Shown: positions 1 to 8,697 of the stretch, piece by piece
How positions within the stretch are numbered: the stretch's first letter is position 1
Layout of the letters: each line of letters opens with the position of its first letter
Source of the DNA: a bacterium
GTDB taxonomy: Bacteria > JADJOY01
Length of the DNA stretch: 38,883 bases
Assembly (NCBI GenBank): GCA_046331705.1
Contig: JAXLQJ010000026.1
Span: 62,001-100,883, forward strand
Reading direction: 5' to 3'
Program-made: the position numbers and the translations under genes
Notes under the pieces: model-generated
What the model saw: the letters and a program-made list of their open reading frames with translations, nothing else
Databases searched by the model: none
Told to the model about the DNA's origin: nothing

Positions 1-555
1 ATCGGGGAGACCCTGACGATCCGCGCCTTGCGAGAACCCGCCCAGCCCGAAGTCCACGACCATCGCATGGGTTTGCGCGCCGGTCTTGCAGAGCAGGATG
101 TTCTCGGGCTTGAGGTCGCGATGGACGACTTGCGCTGCGTGGGCACACGCCAGCGCGTCGAGCACCTCCCCCATCACCCGCAACACCTCTCCCACCGGGG
201 GCGTGCCCTGCTGTGCGAGCCGCGCTGCGAGCGTGAGGCCAGGGACGTACTCGAGGACGGCGTAGAACTCGCCGGACTCGGTCTCGCCCGAGTCGATCAG
301 CCTCACCACGTGGGGATGCCAGAGGCGCGCGTAGAGACTCGCCTCGCGTCGCAATCGCTCGCGTCGCCTGTGCAGCTCCTCCGCACCCACGTTGCCCAGC
401 GGATGCAACACTTTGATGGCGACTTGCTGGCCCGTCGACCGCTGCTCGGCTTGGAAGACCTGGCCGAAGGAGCCGTCGCCGAGCCTTCGCCCCACGAGGT
501 AGGTGCCGGCGAAGAGCGTTCCGGGCGAGATCGAGAGATTCGACGCGTCGAGCAT
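1..555 (-). CDS. Ser/Thr protein kinase, N-terminal part (runs off the left edge); resembles the kinase domain of TOMM-system kinase/cyclase fusion proteins
   Basis: Not in the ORF track because there is no stop in the window. Reverse translation from ATG 555 gives MLDASNLSISPGTLFAGTYLVGRRLGDGSFGQVF...VAIKVL...LIDSGETESGEFYAVLEYVPG...DALACAHAAQVVHRDLKPENILL...VVDFGLGG, which includes the Gly loop, VAIK, HRDLKPEN and DFG. An in-frame ATG at 618 is an alternative start; a TAGAAT -10-like hexamer at 584-579 favours 555. Confidence 0.92.
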   Translation of the reverse strand, partial: MLDASNLSISPGTLFAGTYLVGRRLGDGSFGQVFQAEQRSTGQQVAIKVLHPLGNVGAEELHRRRERLRREASLYARLWHPHVVRLIDSGETESGEFYAVLEYVPGLTLAARLAQQGTPPVGEVLRVMGEVLDALACAHAAQVVHRDLKPENILLCKTGAQTHAMVVDFGLGGFSQGADRQGLPD

Positions 556-722
556 GCGCAGGCACCGAAAAGAAACGTATTCTACGCAGAATCGCGGAAG
601 CAGGTAACCGACATGCATCACACGCGCCTCGCTCGCGGCTGCTGCGGCGACATTTCTGGGTCCCGACGTAGGCCGTCGGCGCGGCCATGGCGTATGCCGA
701 CCCAGCACCGGATCCGTGCATC

Positions 723-1904
723 ATGAGCCGCGCGTCGAACCCGACCGCCCCGCGAGTCCTGGTCCTCGGCGGCACGGGCGAGGTTGGCGCGAGCGTCGTG
801 GCCGCCTGCTGTGAGCTCGGCTTTCCCGTCACCGCCGCCAGCCGTAACCCACCATCTTCGGTGCTGGAGCGCGAGCTGTTCGCACCGCGAGCGGTGCCAT
901 GGGTAGCCATCGCCGACGGTCGGGAGGGGGACGACGCGGTGCTACGCGATCGCATGGCCGAGCACGACGTCGTCGTGCTCGCGTGCGAGCCGTGGCGAAT
1001 CCTCGCCGGCGAAGAGCGCGAAGCGATCGAGCGAACCCGCGCGTGGCTCGCGGTCGCCCGCGCGGCGAGCGCACGACGCAAGCGAGCGCGCCGACCGCCG
1101 CTTCGGGTGGTGCGGATCGGCTCGCCCGTCGCCGAGGTGCCGTTGCCACTGACCGCGCCGCGCGCGAACGGTTACGAAGAGGACCGATTCCAGCTGGAGG
1201 AGGTCGAGAAGCTCGGGGCACGAGATCGCTGCTGGCGCGTGCCGTACTTCGTGGCGAAGGTCGGCATGGCGAAAGCCACCCGCGACGCCGCGCGATCCGG
1301 CCTCGACGTGGTGACGGCTGCGCCGACGGGTCTCGTCTGTTGGTGGGGCGACAAGGGCCGTGAGGACTCGTGGGTTCGGGCGTACCACGAGAGCCGCGGC
1401 CTCGTGCCGCTGTTCTCGTTCCCGACCAACATCCTTCCTTGCGACGTCGCCGCTCGCAGCATCCTCGCGGTTGCGCTCGCCGGCACGCCTGGTGGGGTCT
1501 ATCAAGTTCCAGGCGTCGTCTGGCATTCGTGGGACATCCAAGGCGAGTTGCTTCGGCAATGTGGACGGCGCCTTCCGCCCGCATTTCACCTCACCCGTCA
1601 GCAGATGCTGGACGGCGTGCGTGTCTACCAGGAAGCCAGCACGCCGCTCGACGCGGTGAGGCGGAAGTGGCTGCACGACGTCGCAGGCGCGCGGGATTAC
1701 GGGATGGCCGCGCTGCTGCAGAACGATCGCCCGCGCAGCGCCGCCAAGCTCCGCAGCCTGCTTCCAGCGTTGGGACCATTCGGCGAACGTCTCGTCCATC
1801 CGATGCCGGCCCGCATCGCCAGCGCGCTCCCCGAGGCCGCTCGACGCCGCGCGCGCTGGCTGCGCCTTCGCGGCCTCGTGGAAACGAGGACGAATCTGCG
1901 CTGA
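723..1904 (+). CDS. NAD(P)-dependent epimerase/dehydratase family (extended SDR, dihydroflavonol-reductase-like)
   Basis: N-terminal VLVLGGTGEVG Rossmann motif and YFVAK (YxxxK). Start taken at ATG 723; the ORF track starts at 687. Confidence 0.75.
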   Translation: MSRASNPTAPRVLVLGGTGEVGASVVAACCELGFPVTAASRNPPSSVLERELFAPRAVPWVAIADGREGDDAVLRDRMAEHDVVVLACEPWRILAGEEREAIERTRAWLAVARAASARRKRARRPPLRVVRIGSPVAEVPLPLTAPRANGYEEDRFQLEEVEKLGARDRCWRVPYFVAKVGMAKATRDAARSGLDVVTAAPTGLVCWWGDKGREDSWVRAYHESRGLVPLFSFPTNILPCDVAARSILAVALAGTPGGVYQVPGVVWHSWDIQGELLRQCGRRLPPAFHLTRQQMLDGVRVYQEASTPLDAVRRKWLHDVAGARDYGMAALLQNDRPRSAAKLRSLLPALGPFGERLVHPMPARIASALPEAARRRARWLRLRGLVETRTNLR

Positions 1905-2022
1905 TCGCGCGACGAAACGGCCTCACCGCTCCCACCAGCCGCTTGACGGCTCGCATCGTGCTTGGCTTCACTCTGCCGTCGGCTTGCCTACCGAGCGGTA
2001 GGTAGCCGCGAGGAGGCGCCGC

Positions 2023-3273
2023 GTGTTCGAGCTCAACGAGCAGCACCGCATGATCCAGGACATGTTCCGCCAGTGGTGCGAGCGCGAGCTCCTGCCGCGG
2101 GTGCCCGCGTTCGAGAAGGGCGAGCCGCCCTACGATCTGATGCGTCAGATGCTCGACAGCTTCGGCATGCGCGACGCGCTTCGCGCCTCGCTCCGGAAGC
2201 GGCTCGCCAAGATGGGCGACGACGGCAAGCCGCTCGCCGACGGCGGCGACGGCAAGCCCAAGGAAGGCGACGAGATCGAGTCCGCGATGCGGGATCCGAT
2301 CATCTCGTTCTTGCTGGTGAAGGAGATCTCGCGGATCTCGCCGGGGTTCGCCACCAGCTTCGGTGTTTCGACGGGGCTCGCGGGATTCAACGTGATGGCC
2401 AAGGGCACCAAGCGCCAGATCGAGAAATTCGGCATTCCGCTGGTTTCGCTGGACAAGGTCGGTTCGTGGTGCCTGAGCGAGCCGGGCTCGGGCTCGGACG
2501 CGTTCGGCAGCATGCGCACCACCGCCAAGAGGTCCGCCGACGGCGGCTACGTCCTGAACGGCACCAAGACGTTCATCACCAACGGCCCGTTCGCCGACGT
2601 CTTCGTGCTCTACGCCAAGCTCGACAAGGGCGACGGCAATCCCAACAAGGCGGTACACGCGTTCCTGCTCGAGCGCGGCATGCCCGGGCTCTCGACGGGT
2701 AAGCCGTTCGACAAGATGGGCATGGAAGACTCTCCCACCAGCGAGGTCTTCCTGGAGGACGTCCACATCCCGTCCGAGAACCTTCTCGGCGAGCGCGAGA
2801 AGGAGCCGGATGCGGCGCGCGACGACACGCGCCAGAATCTCGGCCACGAGCGCAGCGGCATCCCCGCGATGTGCCTCGGCATCATCGAGCGCTGCTACGA
2901 GCTGTCGATGCGCTACGCGAAGGATCGCGTGCAGTTCGGCCGCCCGATCCTCGACTTCCAGGCGGTGCAGCTCAAGCTCGCCAACATGTACATCCACTAC
3001 CAGAACGTGTGGAACGCCGTGATGCGCCTCGCCTGGGCGGCACGCGAGGGCAAGGCGGACCTCGCGTTCACGTGCGCGCAGAAGGTCTACTGCGCCAAGG
3101 CGGCCGTGGAGGTCGCCATGGATTCGATCCAGATCCACGGCGGCTACGGCTACATGCGCGAGTACCACGTGGAGAAGCTGGCGCGCGACGCGAAGATGCT
3201 CGAGCTCGGAGCCGGCACCACCGACATCAATCTGCTGCAGGTCGTCCGGCTGGAGCGCGAGCGCCTGACGTAA
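2023..3273 (+). CDS. Acyl-CoA dehydrogenase (IVD/LCAD-type catalytic Glu placement)
   Basis: Motifs CLSEPGSGSDA, LNGTKTFITNG, KMG, RVQFGRPI, QIHGGYGY, ARDAK..ELGAGT. AGGAGG RBS at 2011-2016 before the GTG. Confidence 0.95.
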   Translation: MFELNEQHRMIQDMFRQWCERELLPRVPAFEKGEPPYDLMRQMLDSFGMRDALRASLRKRLAKMGDDGKPLADGGDGKPKEGDEIESAMRDPIISFLLVKEISRISPGFATSFGVSTGLAGFNVMAKGTKRQIEKFGIPLVSLDKVGSWCLSEPGSGSDAFGSMRTTAKRSADGGYVLNGTKTFITNGPFADVFVLYAKLDKGDGNPNKAVHAFLLERGMPGLSTGKPFDKMGMEDSPTSEVFLEDVHIPSENLLGEREKEPDAARDDTRQNLGHERSGIPAMCLGIIERCYELSMRYAKDRVQFGRPILDFQAVQLKLANMYIHYQNVWNAVMRLAWAAREGKADLAFTCAQKVYCAKAAVEVAMDSIQIHGGYGYMREYHVEKLARDAKMLELGAGTTDINLLQVVRLERERLT

Positions 3274-3389
3274 GCGCGCTGGTCGCCGCGAGGCGGGTCC
3301 CCGGATCGGGCACCACGGGCCCGGCCGGGTACGCGTCGAGCGCAACTCACATCAACCATCCCCGCGAGGGGCGCAAGGGAGAGGGAACC

Positions 3390-4295
3390 ATGGCAGACGT
3401 TCGATTCGATGGGCGCGTCGCGATCGTGACCGGCGCGGGCGGCGGTCTCGGTCGCGCTCACGCGCTCCTGCTCGCGAGCCGGGGGGCGAAGGTGGTGGTC
3501 AACGACCTGGGCGGAGCCTTCGACGGCAGCGGCTCGGGGAGCACCACGATGGCGCAGAAGGTGTGCGACGAGATCAAGGCGGCCGGCGGCGAAGCGGTTC
3601 CCGACTACAACAGCGTGTCCACGCCGGACGGCGCCGCAGGGATCGTCAAGACGGCGCTCGACAAGTTCGGCAAGCTCGACATCGTCATCAACAACGCCGG
3701 CATCCTGCGCGACAAGAGCATCGTGAAGATGGAGGAGGAGGACTGGCGGAAGGTGATCCAGGTCCACCTCGACGGCTCGTACTTCGTGACCAAGGCGGCT
3801 TGGGAAAGCCTGCGCGCCAACAACTATGGCCGCGTGATCTTCACCACCTCCGCCGCCGGTCTCTACGGGAACTTCGGCCAGACCAACTACTCGGCCGCCA
3901 AGATGGGGATCGTGGGGCTGGTGAACACGCTGAAGCTCGAGGGCCAGAAGTACAACATCTACTCGAACGCCATCGCGCCCATCGCCGGCACGCGCCTCAC
4001 GGCCACCGTCATGCCGCAGGCGATGCTCGACATGCTCAAGCCCGAGGCGGTGTCGCCGATGGTCGCGTACCTGTGCTCGGAAGAGTGCACGGTGAACGGC
4101 AAGGTGTTCTCCGCTGGGGCGGGCCACTTCGCGGTCGCGCAGATGCTCGAATCGAAGGGCGCCACCATCCGGGGTGACGTCACCATCGAGTCCGTGCGCG
4201 AGAAGATGGACCAGATCATGGACATGAGCGGCGCAGTCACCATCGGCAACGCCGGCGAAGCCGGCGGCAAGGTGTTCGCGGCGCTGTCGAGCTGA
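3390..4295 (+). CDS. SDR, MFE-2/HSD17B4-like (3R)-hydroxyacyl-CoA dehydrogenase
   Basis: VRFDGRVAIVTGAGGGLG, VVVNDLGG, NNAGILRD, YSAAK. GGAGAGGG RBS before ATG 3390; the ORF-track start at 2871 is an over-extension. Confidence 0.93.
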   Translation: MADVRFDGRVAIVTGAGGGLGRAHALLLASRGAKVVVNDLGGAFDGSGSGSTTMAQKVCDEIKAAGGEAVPDYNSVSTPDGAAGIVKTALDKFGKLDIVINNAGILRDKSIVKMEEEDWRKVIQVHLDGSYFVTKAAWESLRANNYGRVIFTTSAAGLYGNFGQTNYSAAKMGIVGLVNTLKLEGQKYNIYSNAIAPIAGTRLTATVMPQAMLDMLKPEAVSPMVAYLCSEECTVNGKVFSAGAGHFAVAQMLESKGATIRGDVTIESVREKMDQIMDMSGAVTIGNAGEAGGKVFAALSS

Positions 4296-4319
4296 GGCTG
4301 CTCTCGCCCACCGGACGCG

Positions 4320-4354
4320 CGAAGGCCCGCGGGATGACCTCCCGCGGGCCTTCG
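4320..4354. terminator. Intrinsic-terminator-like hairpin between the convergent SDR and cysC
   Basis: Perfect 15-bp stem CGAAGGCCCGCGGGA - loop TGACC - TCCCGCGGGCCTTCG. The U-tract is weak. Confidence 0.75.
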
Positions 4355-4415
4355 TGCTTGCTCTCGAGACGACGCGCCTCGAAGGCCGCCCTTCGCCCGG
4401 CGGCGGACGCCGCGC

Positions 4416-5030
4416 TCAGATCTTGAAGGCGCCCGACTTCTCGAGATACGCGATCACGTCGTCGGCGAGCTCGCCCGGGGACTTGGCGCCGGAGTTGTCG
4501 AGCACCAGCTCCGGCTTCTCGGGAGCCTCGTACGGGTCGTCGATTCCGGTGAAGCCCTTGATCTGACCGGCGCGCGCCTTGGCGTAGAGGCCCTTGGGGT
4601 CGCGCTTCTCGCAGACCTCGATGGGCGTGTCGACGAAGATCTCGACGAAGCGGCCCGCTTCGAGGATCGCCCGCACGGCGTCGCGGTCCTTGCGATACGG
4701 CGAGATGAACGCCGTGATCGCGATCGATCCCGCCTCCGCGAAGAGCTTCGCCACCTCGCCGATGCGGCGGATGTTCTCGGCGCGGTCCTCCGCCGAGAAA
4801 CCCAGGTTCTTGTTGAGCCCGTGACGGATGTTGTCACCGTCGAGCAGGTAGGTCCGGCGACCGGCCGCGTAGAGCTTGTAGTCGAGCTCGTTCGCGATGG
4901 TGCTCTTGCCGCATGCCGAAAGACCCGTGAACCAGATCACCAGGCCCTTGTGGCCGTTGAGCTTCTCGCGGTCTGCCCGCGGAACCGCGTGATCGTGCCA
5001 CGTGATGTTGGTCGCCTTCTGCTCAGCCAT
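4416..5030 (-). CDS. cysC: Adenylyl-sulfate (APS) kinase
   Basis: [20 protein letters not shown]-loop, [41 protein letters not shown]. Confidence 0.97.
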   Translation of the reverse strand: MAEQKATNITWHDHAVPRADREKLNGHKGLVIWFTGLSACGKSTIANELDYKLYAAGRRTYLLDGDNIRHGLNKNLGFSAEDRAENIRRIGEVAKLFAEAGSIAITAFISPYRKDRDAVRAILEAGRFVEIFVDTPIEVCEKRDPKGLYAKARAGQIKGFTGIDDPYEAPEKPELVLDNSGAKSPGELADDVIAYLEKSGAFKI

Positions 5031-5114
5031 GATCGACGTCTCCCTCCACCTATCCCGGCGGAATGATCGAAAACCGGCGAGTCTAGTCCCACCGCGACAG
5101 CGACGGAAAGGCCG

Positions 5115-5740
5115 TCATTCCGTGGGCGCCGGATCGGTATCGATCGACTGAACCGCGTCCGGGTGTCGAGAGGAGAGGGGCCACCCGACCGGGGGCGGGG
5201 GCTGCCCGTCCACCCGCCATTCTTCGACCTCGACGATCGCACCCGAAGCATCCGCCGACGCCACCCTCATCCAAGCATCCACCGCCGGATCCACGAAGAA
5301 GAGCTCCATCCCGGGCCAGACGCCCTTGGAGAGGCCCGCGTCGATGCGAAGCCGGCTCACCCGTCGACGATCCGGCGCGCTGCCGGGCTCGCGTGGCGGC
5401 TCCTCGATGACGCGCTGCTCGACGATCTCGGTGACGACCGCGGAAAGCGGCATTCGCCCTGCTGCCGGAACGCGAAGCCGTTGCGCGGCGCGAGCAACAG
5501 CCAGCGGCTGCGCGCGAACGAGTCGTCGCTCCCGTCCACGTACTCTCCGGCCCAATCGTGTGAATCGCCGAGCTGGCGGAGCTCCCCACGAATCGCACCG
5601 ACCTGATGTTCGAGCTCGGCGGTAGCGTGCTCGCTGAACCGCGGATCGTGACGATCCACCCAGGGAGCAATTCGAGGCGAGTCAGCGATCGCTGTCGCAC
5701 ACGTGATCGACCACGCGACGAATGGCGCAGCGATTCGCAT
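5115..5740 (-). pseudogene. Probable frameshifted exported hypothetical protein in two overlapping frames
   Basis: Frame A from ATG 5740 has a signal-peptide-like start and protein-like HDWAGEYVDG...LLLAPRNGFAF, then decays into Ser/Arg-rich text near 5450. Frame B becomes protein-like at the same point (PLSAVVTEIV...RLRIDAGLSKGVWPGMELF) and ends at 5115. Confidence 0.5.
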
Positions 5741-5927
5741 GCCCGGCGAGATGCAGCGGCACTCGTTCGCTCCGTTTCCCCTGGGCTCCGCCGGCGGCAC
5801 GACACGCTCACGCGCGACTCGATCGTATGCCCAACCGCCTCCGCGGGATACGCGGCGGACACGAGTGCGAGCAGGAGCTGCGCGCCGCGATCTCGGCCAG
5901 GGCGAAGGTGCGTGAAGTGGTTCGCGG

Positions 5928-6085
5928 GCATGGACGAGCTTCCGACCACGGTGGACGCGCGGCGGTGCTGCTGCGAAACGAAGAGATCACGATCCGAGTG
6001 ATCGACCTCCCCACGCTGATCGAGATCAAGATCGGCGCCGAGCGAGCGAAGGACCAGCTTCTGGTGCCGATGCGGATGGCGCTAT
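5928..6085 (+). pseudogene. C-terminal remnant resembling a small nucleotidyltransferase-family protein
   Basis: ITIRVIDLPTLIEIKIGAERAKDQLLVP resembles the 'IRVLxLxxLIxxKxxxxRxKD' tail of small nucleotidyltransferases. There is no intact N-terminus in frame. Confidence 0.35.
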
Positions 6086-6115
6086 GGATGCGTCACGGCG
6101 AGAGCCGAGCTGCCG

Positions 6116-6541
6116 CTAGCTCGAACCGGACATTCGCCGGCGCGCGACGGCCAGCCGAACGAGGTGGATCACGACGCACCACGCGAGGACGGTGATCCAG
6201 AAGCTCACCGAAACCACGTCCTCGACACAGAGCTGGCAGAAGAGCCGATAACGTGGTTCCCAGAGCGCGGTGACGAGCCAGCGGCCCGGGACGAACGGGA
6301 TCTGGAAGGCACGATCGGGGAACGGCACGAATCCGTCGACACGCTCACCGCTGCCCAGCAGGCCCAAGTCTCCGCAGATCGACTGGAGAGTCAGCCAGGT
6401 CAGCAGCGAGGTCGCGGTCGCGGCGAGCGACGTTCGAATGCGAACCGAGCCCGCGGATCGGTCCTCACGGCAGAACTGCCGCCACGCGGCGCCGGCGAGA
6501 AGCGCCATCGCGCCAGGAAAGACGCCGAACGGCAGCCACAC
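6116..6541 (-). CDS. Hypothetical membrane protein
   Basis: 141 aa with about 3 hydrophobic segments. GAGG lies upstream of the GTG, and the gene follows the PuuD-like gene in the same direction. Confidence 0.5.
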   Translation of the reverse strand: MWLPFGVFPGAMALLAGAAWRQFCREDRSAGSVRIRTSLAATATSLLTWLTLQSICGDLGLLGSGERVDGFVPFPDRAFQIPFVPGRWLVTALWEPRYRLFCQLCVEDVVSVSFWITVLAWCVVIHLVRLAVARRRMSGSS

Positions 6542-6557
6542 TCGCTAGACCTCGTGC

Positions 6558-7331
6558 TCACGCCGGCGCGGCAGCCCCGCGACACGCGGCCAGAAAGGCT
6601 TGCAGCAGCGGCGCGGAGTCGAGGTGCCCTTGCGCGTCCTTCTTCATCCACTCGGGGTGCCACTGCACGCCCACGGTGAAGCGCGCCTTGGGATCGCGGA
6701 CCGCCTCCACGATCCCTTCCTCCGACCACGCCGCCGGCTCGAGCACCGGCGCCAGATCCTTCACGCCCTGGTGATGGATGCTGTTGGTGATCGCGTGCTC
6801 GACGCCGTAGAGCGCGTGCAGCCACGAGCCCGGCTGGATGCTGAGGCCGTGGTTGAGCTCGTCGTAGATGACGGCGTCTCGGTGAGGCTTCACGGCCACG
6901 CCTTGCTGCACGAGATCCTGATAGAGCGTGCCGCCCAGGGCCACGTTGAGGAGCTGATGGCCCCGGCACACGCCGAGCACCGGCTTGTCGTGGCGCCGGA
7001 ACGCGTCGAGCAGCGCAATCTCGTACGCGTCCCGGTCGGCGTCGCCGCTCCACTCGGGCTTGAGCGGTTCCTCGCCGTAGCTCGTGGGCGAGACGTCCGC
7101 GCCGCCCGAGAGCACCAGCCCGTCGAAATGCTCGGCGGTCTCGTCGAGGGCGTCGCGATCGCGCAGATCGGGAACCAGGAAAGGCAGCGCGCCGCCCGAG
7201 CGGAGCCACTCGAGCAGCGAGGCTTCCGAATACTGAAGCGGCTTGCCGATGTAGAACGGGCGATCGCGGGACGCGGCCATGAAGTTGGCCGAGACCGCGA
7301 TGAAGAGCGAGCGACGCTTCTTGGGGTTCAT
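6558..7331 (-). CDS. Gamma-glutamyl-gamma-aminobutyrate hydrolase family (peptidase C26, PuuD-like)
   Basis: DGLVLSGGADV, LGVCRGHQLLNVALGGTL (catalytic Cys), NSIHHQG, GVQWHPE (His-Glu). Confidence 0.93.
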   Translation of the reverse strand: MNPKKRRSLFIAVSANFMAASRDRPFYIGKPLQYSEASLLEWLRSGGALPFLVPDLRDRDALDETAEHFDGLVLSGGADVSPTSYGEEPLKPEWSGDADRDAYEIALLDAFRRHDKPVLGVCRGHQLLNVALGGTLYQDLVQQGVAVKPHRDAVIYDELNHGLSIQPGSWLHALYGVEHAITNSIHHQGVKDLAPVLEPAAWSEEGIVEAVRDPKARFTVGVQWHPEWMKKDAQGHLDSAPLLQAFLAACRGAAAPA

Positions 7332-7362
7332 CTCGGGAACGCTCGCGGCGCGGGTGCGCGCG

Positions 7363-8514
7363 TCACAGGGCCTGCGAATAGAGTGTCTTGAAATCGTCGC
7401 GGGTGCACGGCTTCGGATTCGAGCGATGGCACGAGTCCTCGAACGCCAGGTCCGCGAGGTGATCGAGCTGGCTCGCCTCCACGCCGACGGCGCCGAGCCG
7501 CGACGGGATGCCGATCACCTGCGCGAGCTCGCGGACGAACCGCAGCGCGCCGCGCGCCAGCTCGGCGTCGGTGCCGGCACCGCCCACCACCGATCCGATT
7601 CGCGCCAGCCGATCGCGGCTCACGTCCGCGTTCCACTCCATCACCCGCGCCACCAAGATGCCGTTGGCGAGGCCGTGGTGCAGGTGGCAGACGGCCGAGA
7701 GCGGATGCGCCAGCGAGTGCGTCGCGCCGAGCCCCTTCTGGAACGCGACGGCGCCCATCAGCGATGCCATCGCCATGCCTGCTCGCGCCTCGAGGTCCTG
7801 CCCGTTCTCGACCGCGCGCCGCAGATAGAGGCTCACCTGACGGATGCCTTCCAGCGCCACACCGTCGCAGAGCGGGTGGTAGCCGTTCGCGAGGAACGCC
7901 TCGATGTTGTGGGTGAGCGCGTCCATACCGGTGGCCGCCGTCACCGCCGGCGGCAATCCCACCGCCAGCTCCGGGTCGATCACCGCGAACTTCGGCATCA
8001 GGTACGGGCTGAACACCACCACCTTCTTCTCGATCTCGGTGTTGGTGATGACGGTGCTGCGGCCCACCTCGCTGCCCGTGCCGGCGGTGGTGGGAACCGA
8101 GATCACCGGCGGCACGTCCGCGCGCACCTTCTGCCAGCCATCGAGGGCATCGTCGTACTCGAAGATCGAGCCCGAGTGGCTCGCCATGAGCACGACCGCC
8201 TTGGCGACGTCGAGCGGCGAGCCGCCGCCGACTCCCACGACCCCGTCACAGCCACCGTCGCGATACGCCGCGAGGGCACCGTCGACGTCCTTCACCGTGG
8301 GGTTCCCCTCGACCGCGTCGAACACCGCCACCGACAGGCCCGCCTTGGCGAAGATCTCGCGGATGCGCGGAAACACCGGCGTGCGGGCGAGGCCAGCGTC
8401 GGTGAGCAACAGCGGCCGCTTCATCACGCTCTTCGCCAGCTCGGGCAAGAGCTGCACGGCGCCGACGCCGAAGCGGATCTGGGTGGGAAACGCGAACGAA
8501 TGGATGTCACTCAT
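7363..8514 (-). CDS. Iron-containing alcohol dehydrogenase
   Basis: GGGSPLD, PTTAGTGSE, GMDALTHNIE, HSLAH...HHGLAN (metal ligands). GAGG RBS. Confidence 0.95.
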   Translation of the reverse strand: MSDIHSFAFPTQIRFGVGAVQLLPELAKSVMKRPLLLTDAGLARTPVFPRIREIFAKAGLSVAVFDAVEGNPTVKDVDGALAAYRDGGCDGVVGVGGGSPLDVAKAVVLMASHSGSIFEYDDALDGWQKVRADVPPVISVPTTAGTGSEVGRSTVITNTEIEKKVVVFSPYLMPKFAVIDPELAVGLPPAVTAATGMDALTHNIEAFLANGYHPLCDGVALEGIRQVSLYLRRAVENGQDLEARAGMAMASLMGAVAFQKGLGATHSLAHPLSAVCHLHHGLANGILVARVMEWNADVSRDRLARIGSVVGGAGTDAELARGALRFVRELAQVIGIPSRLGAVGVEASQLDHLADLAFEDSCHRSNPKPCTRDDFKTLYSQAL

Positions 8515-8697
8515 GGGGGTCCTCGGGCGCGAAGGGGAAGACGAGGGCGATGCGCCGAACGACGAAATCGACTCCGGGATCTCGGGAGAGCCTCTGCTCG
8601 GGAAGGCGTCGCGGGGTCGACGCGCGCGTTCGCGCTCGGTGCGGGCGGCCCGACGGCTCTCGCCACGGGCGGCGCGGACGCGACCGCGCGCGGTGAT

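Noticed and set aside
28-726. 232-aa plus-strand ORF
   Set aside because: It is the antisense shadow of the minus-strand kinase.
1943-1972. TTGACG-N18-TTCACT promoter before the acyl-CoA dehydrogenase
   Set aside because: The -10 match is too weak to report as a feature.
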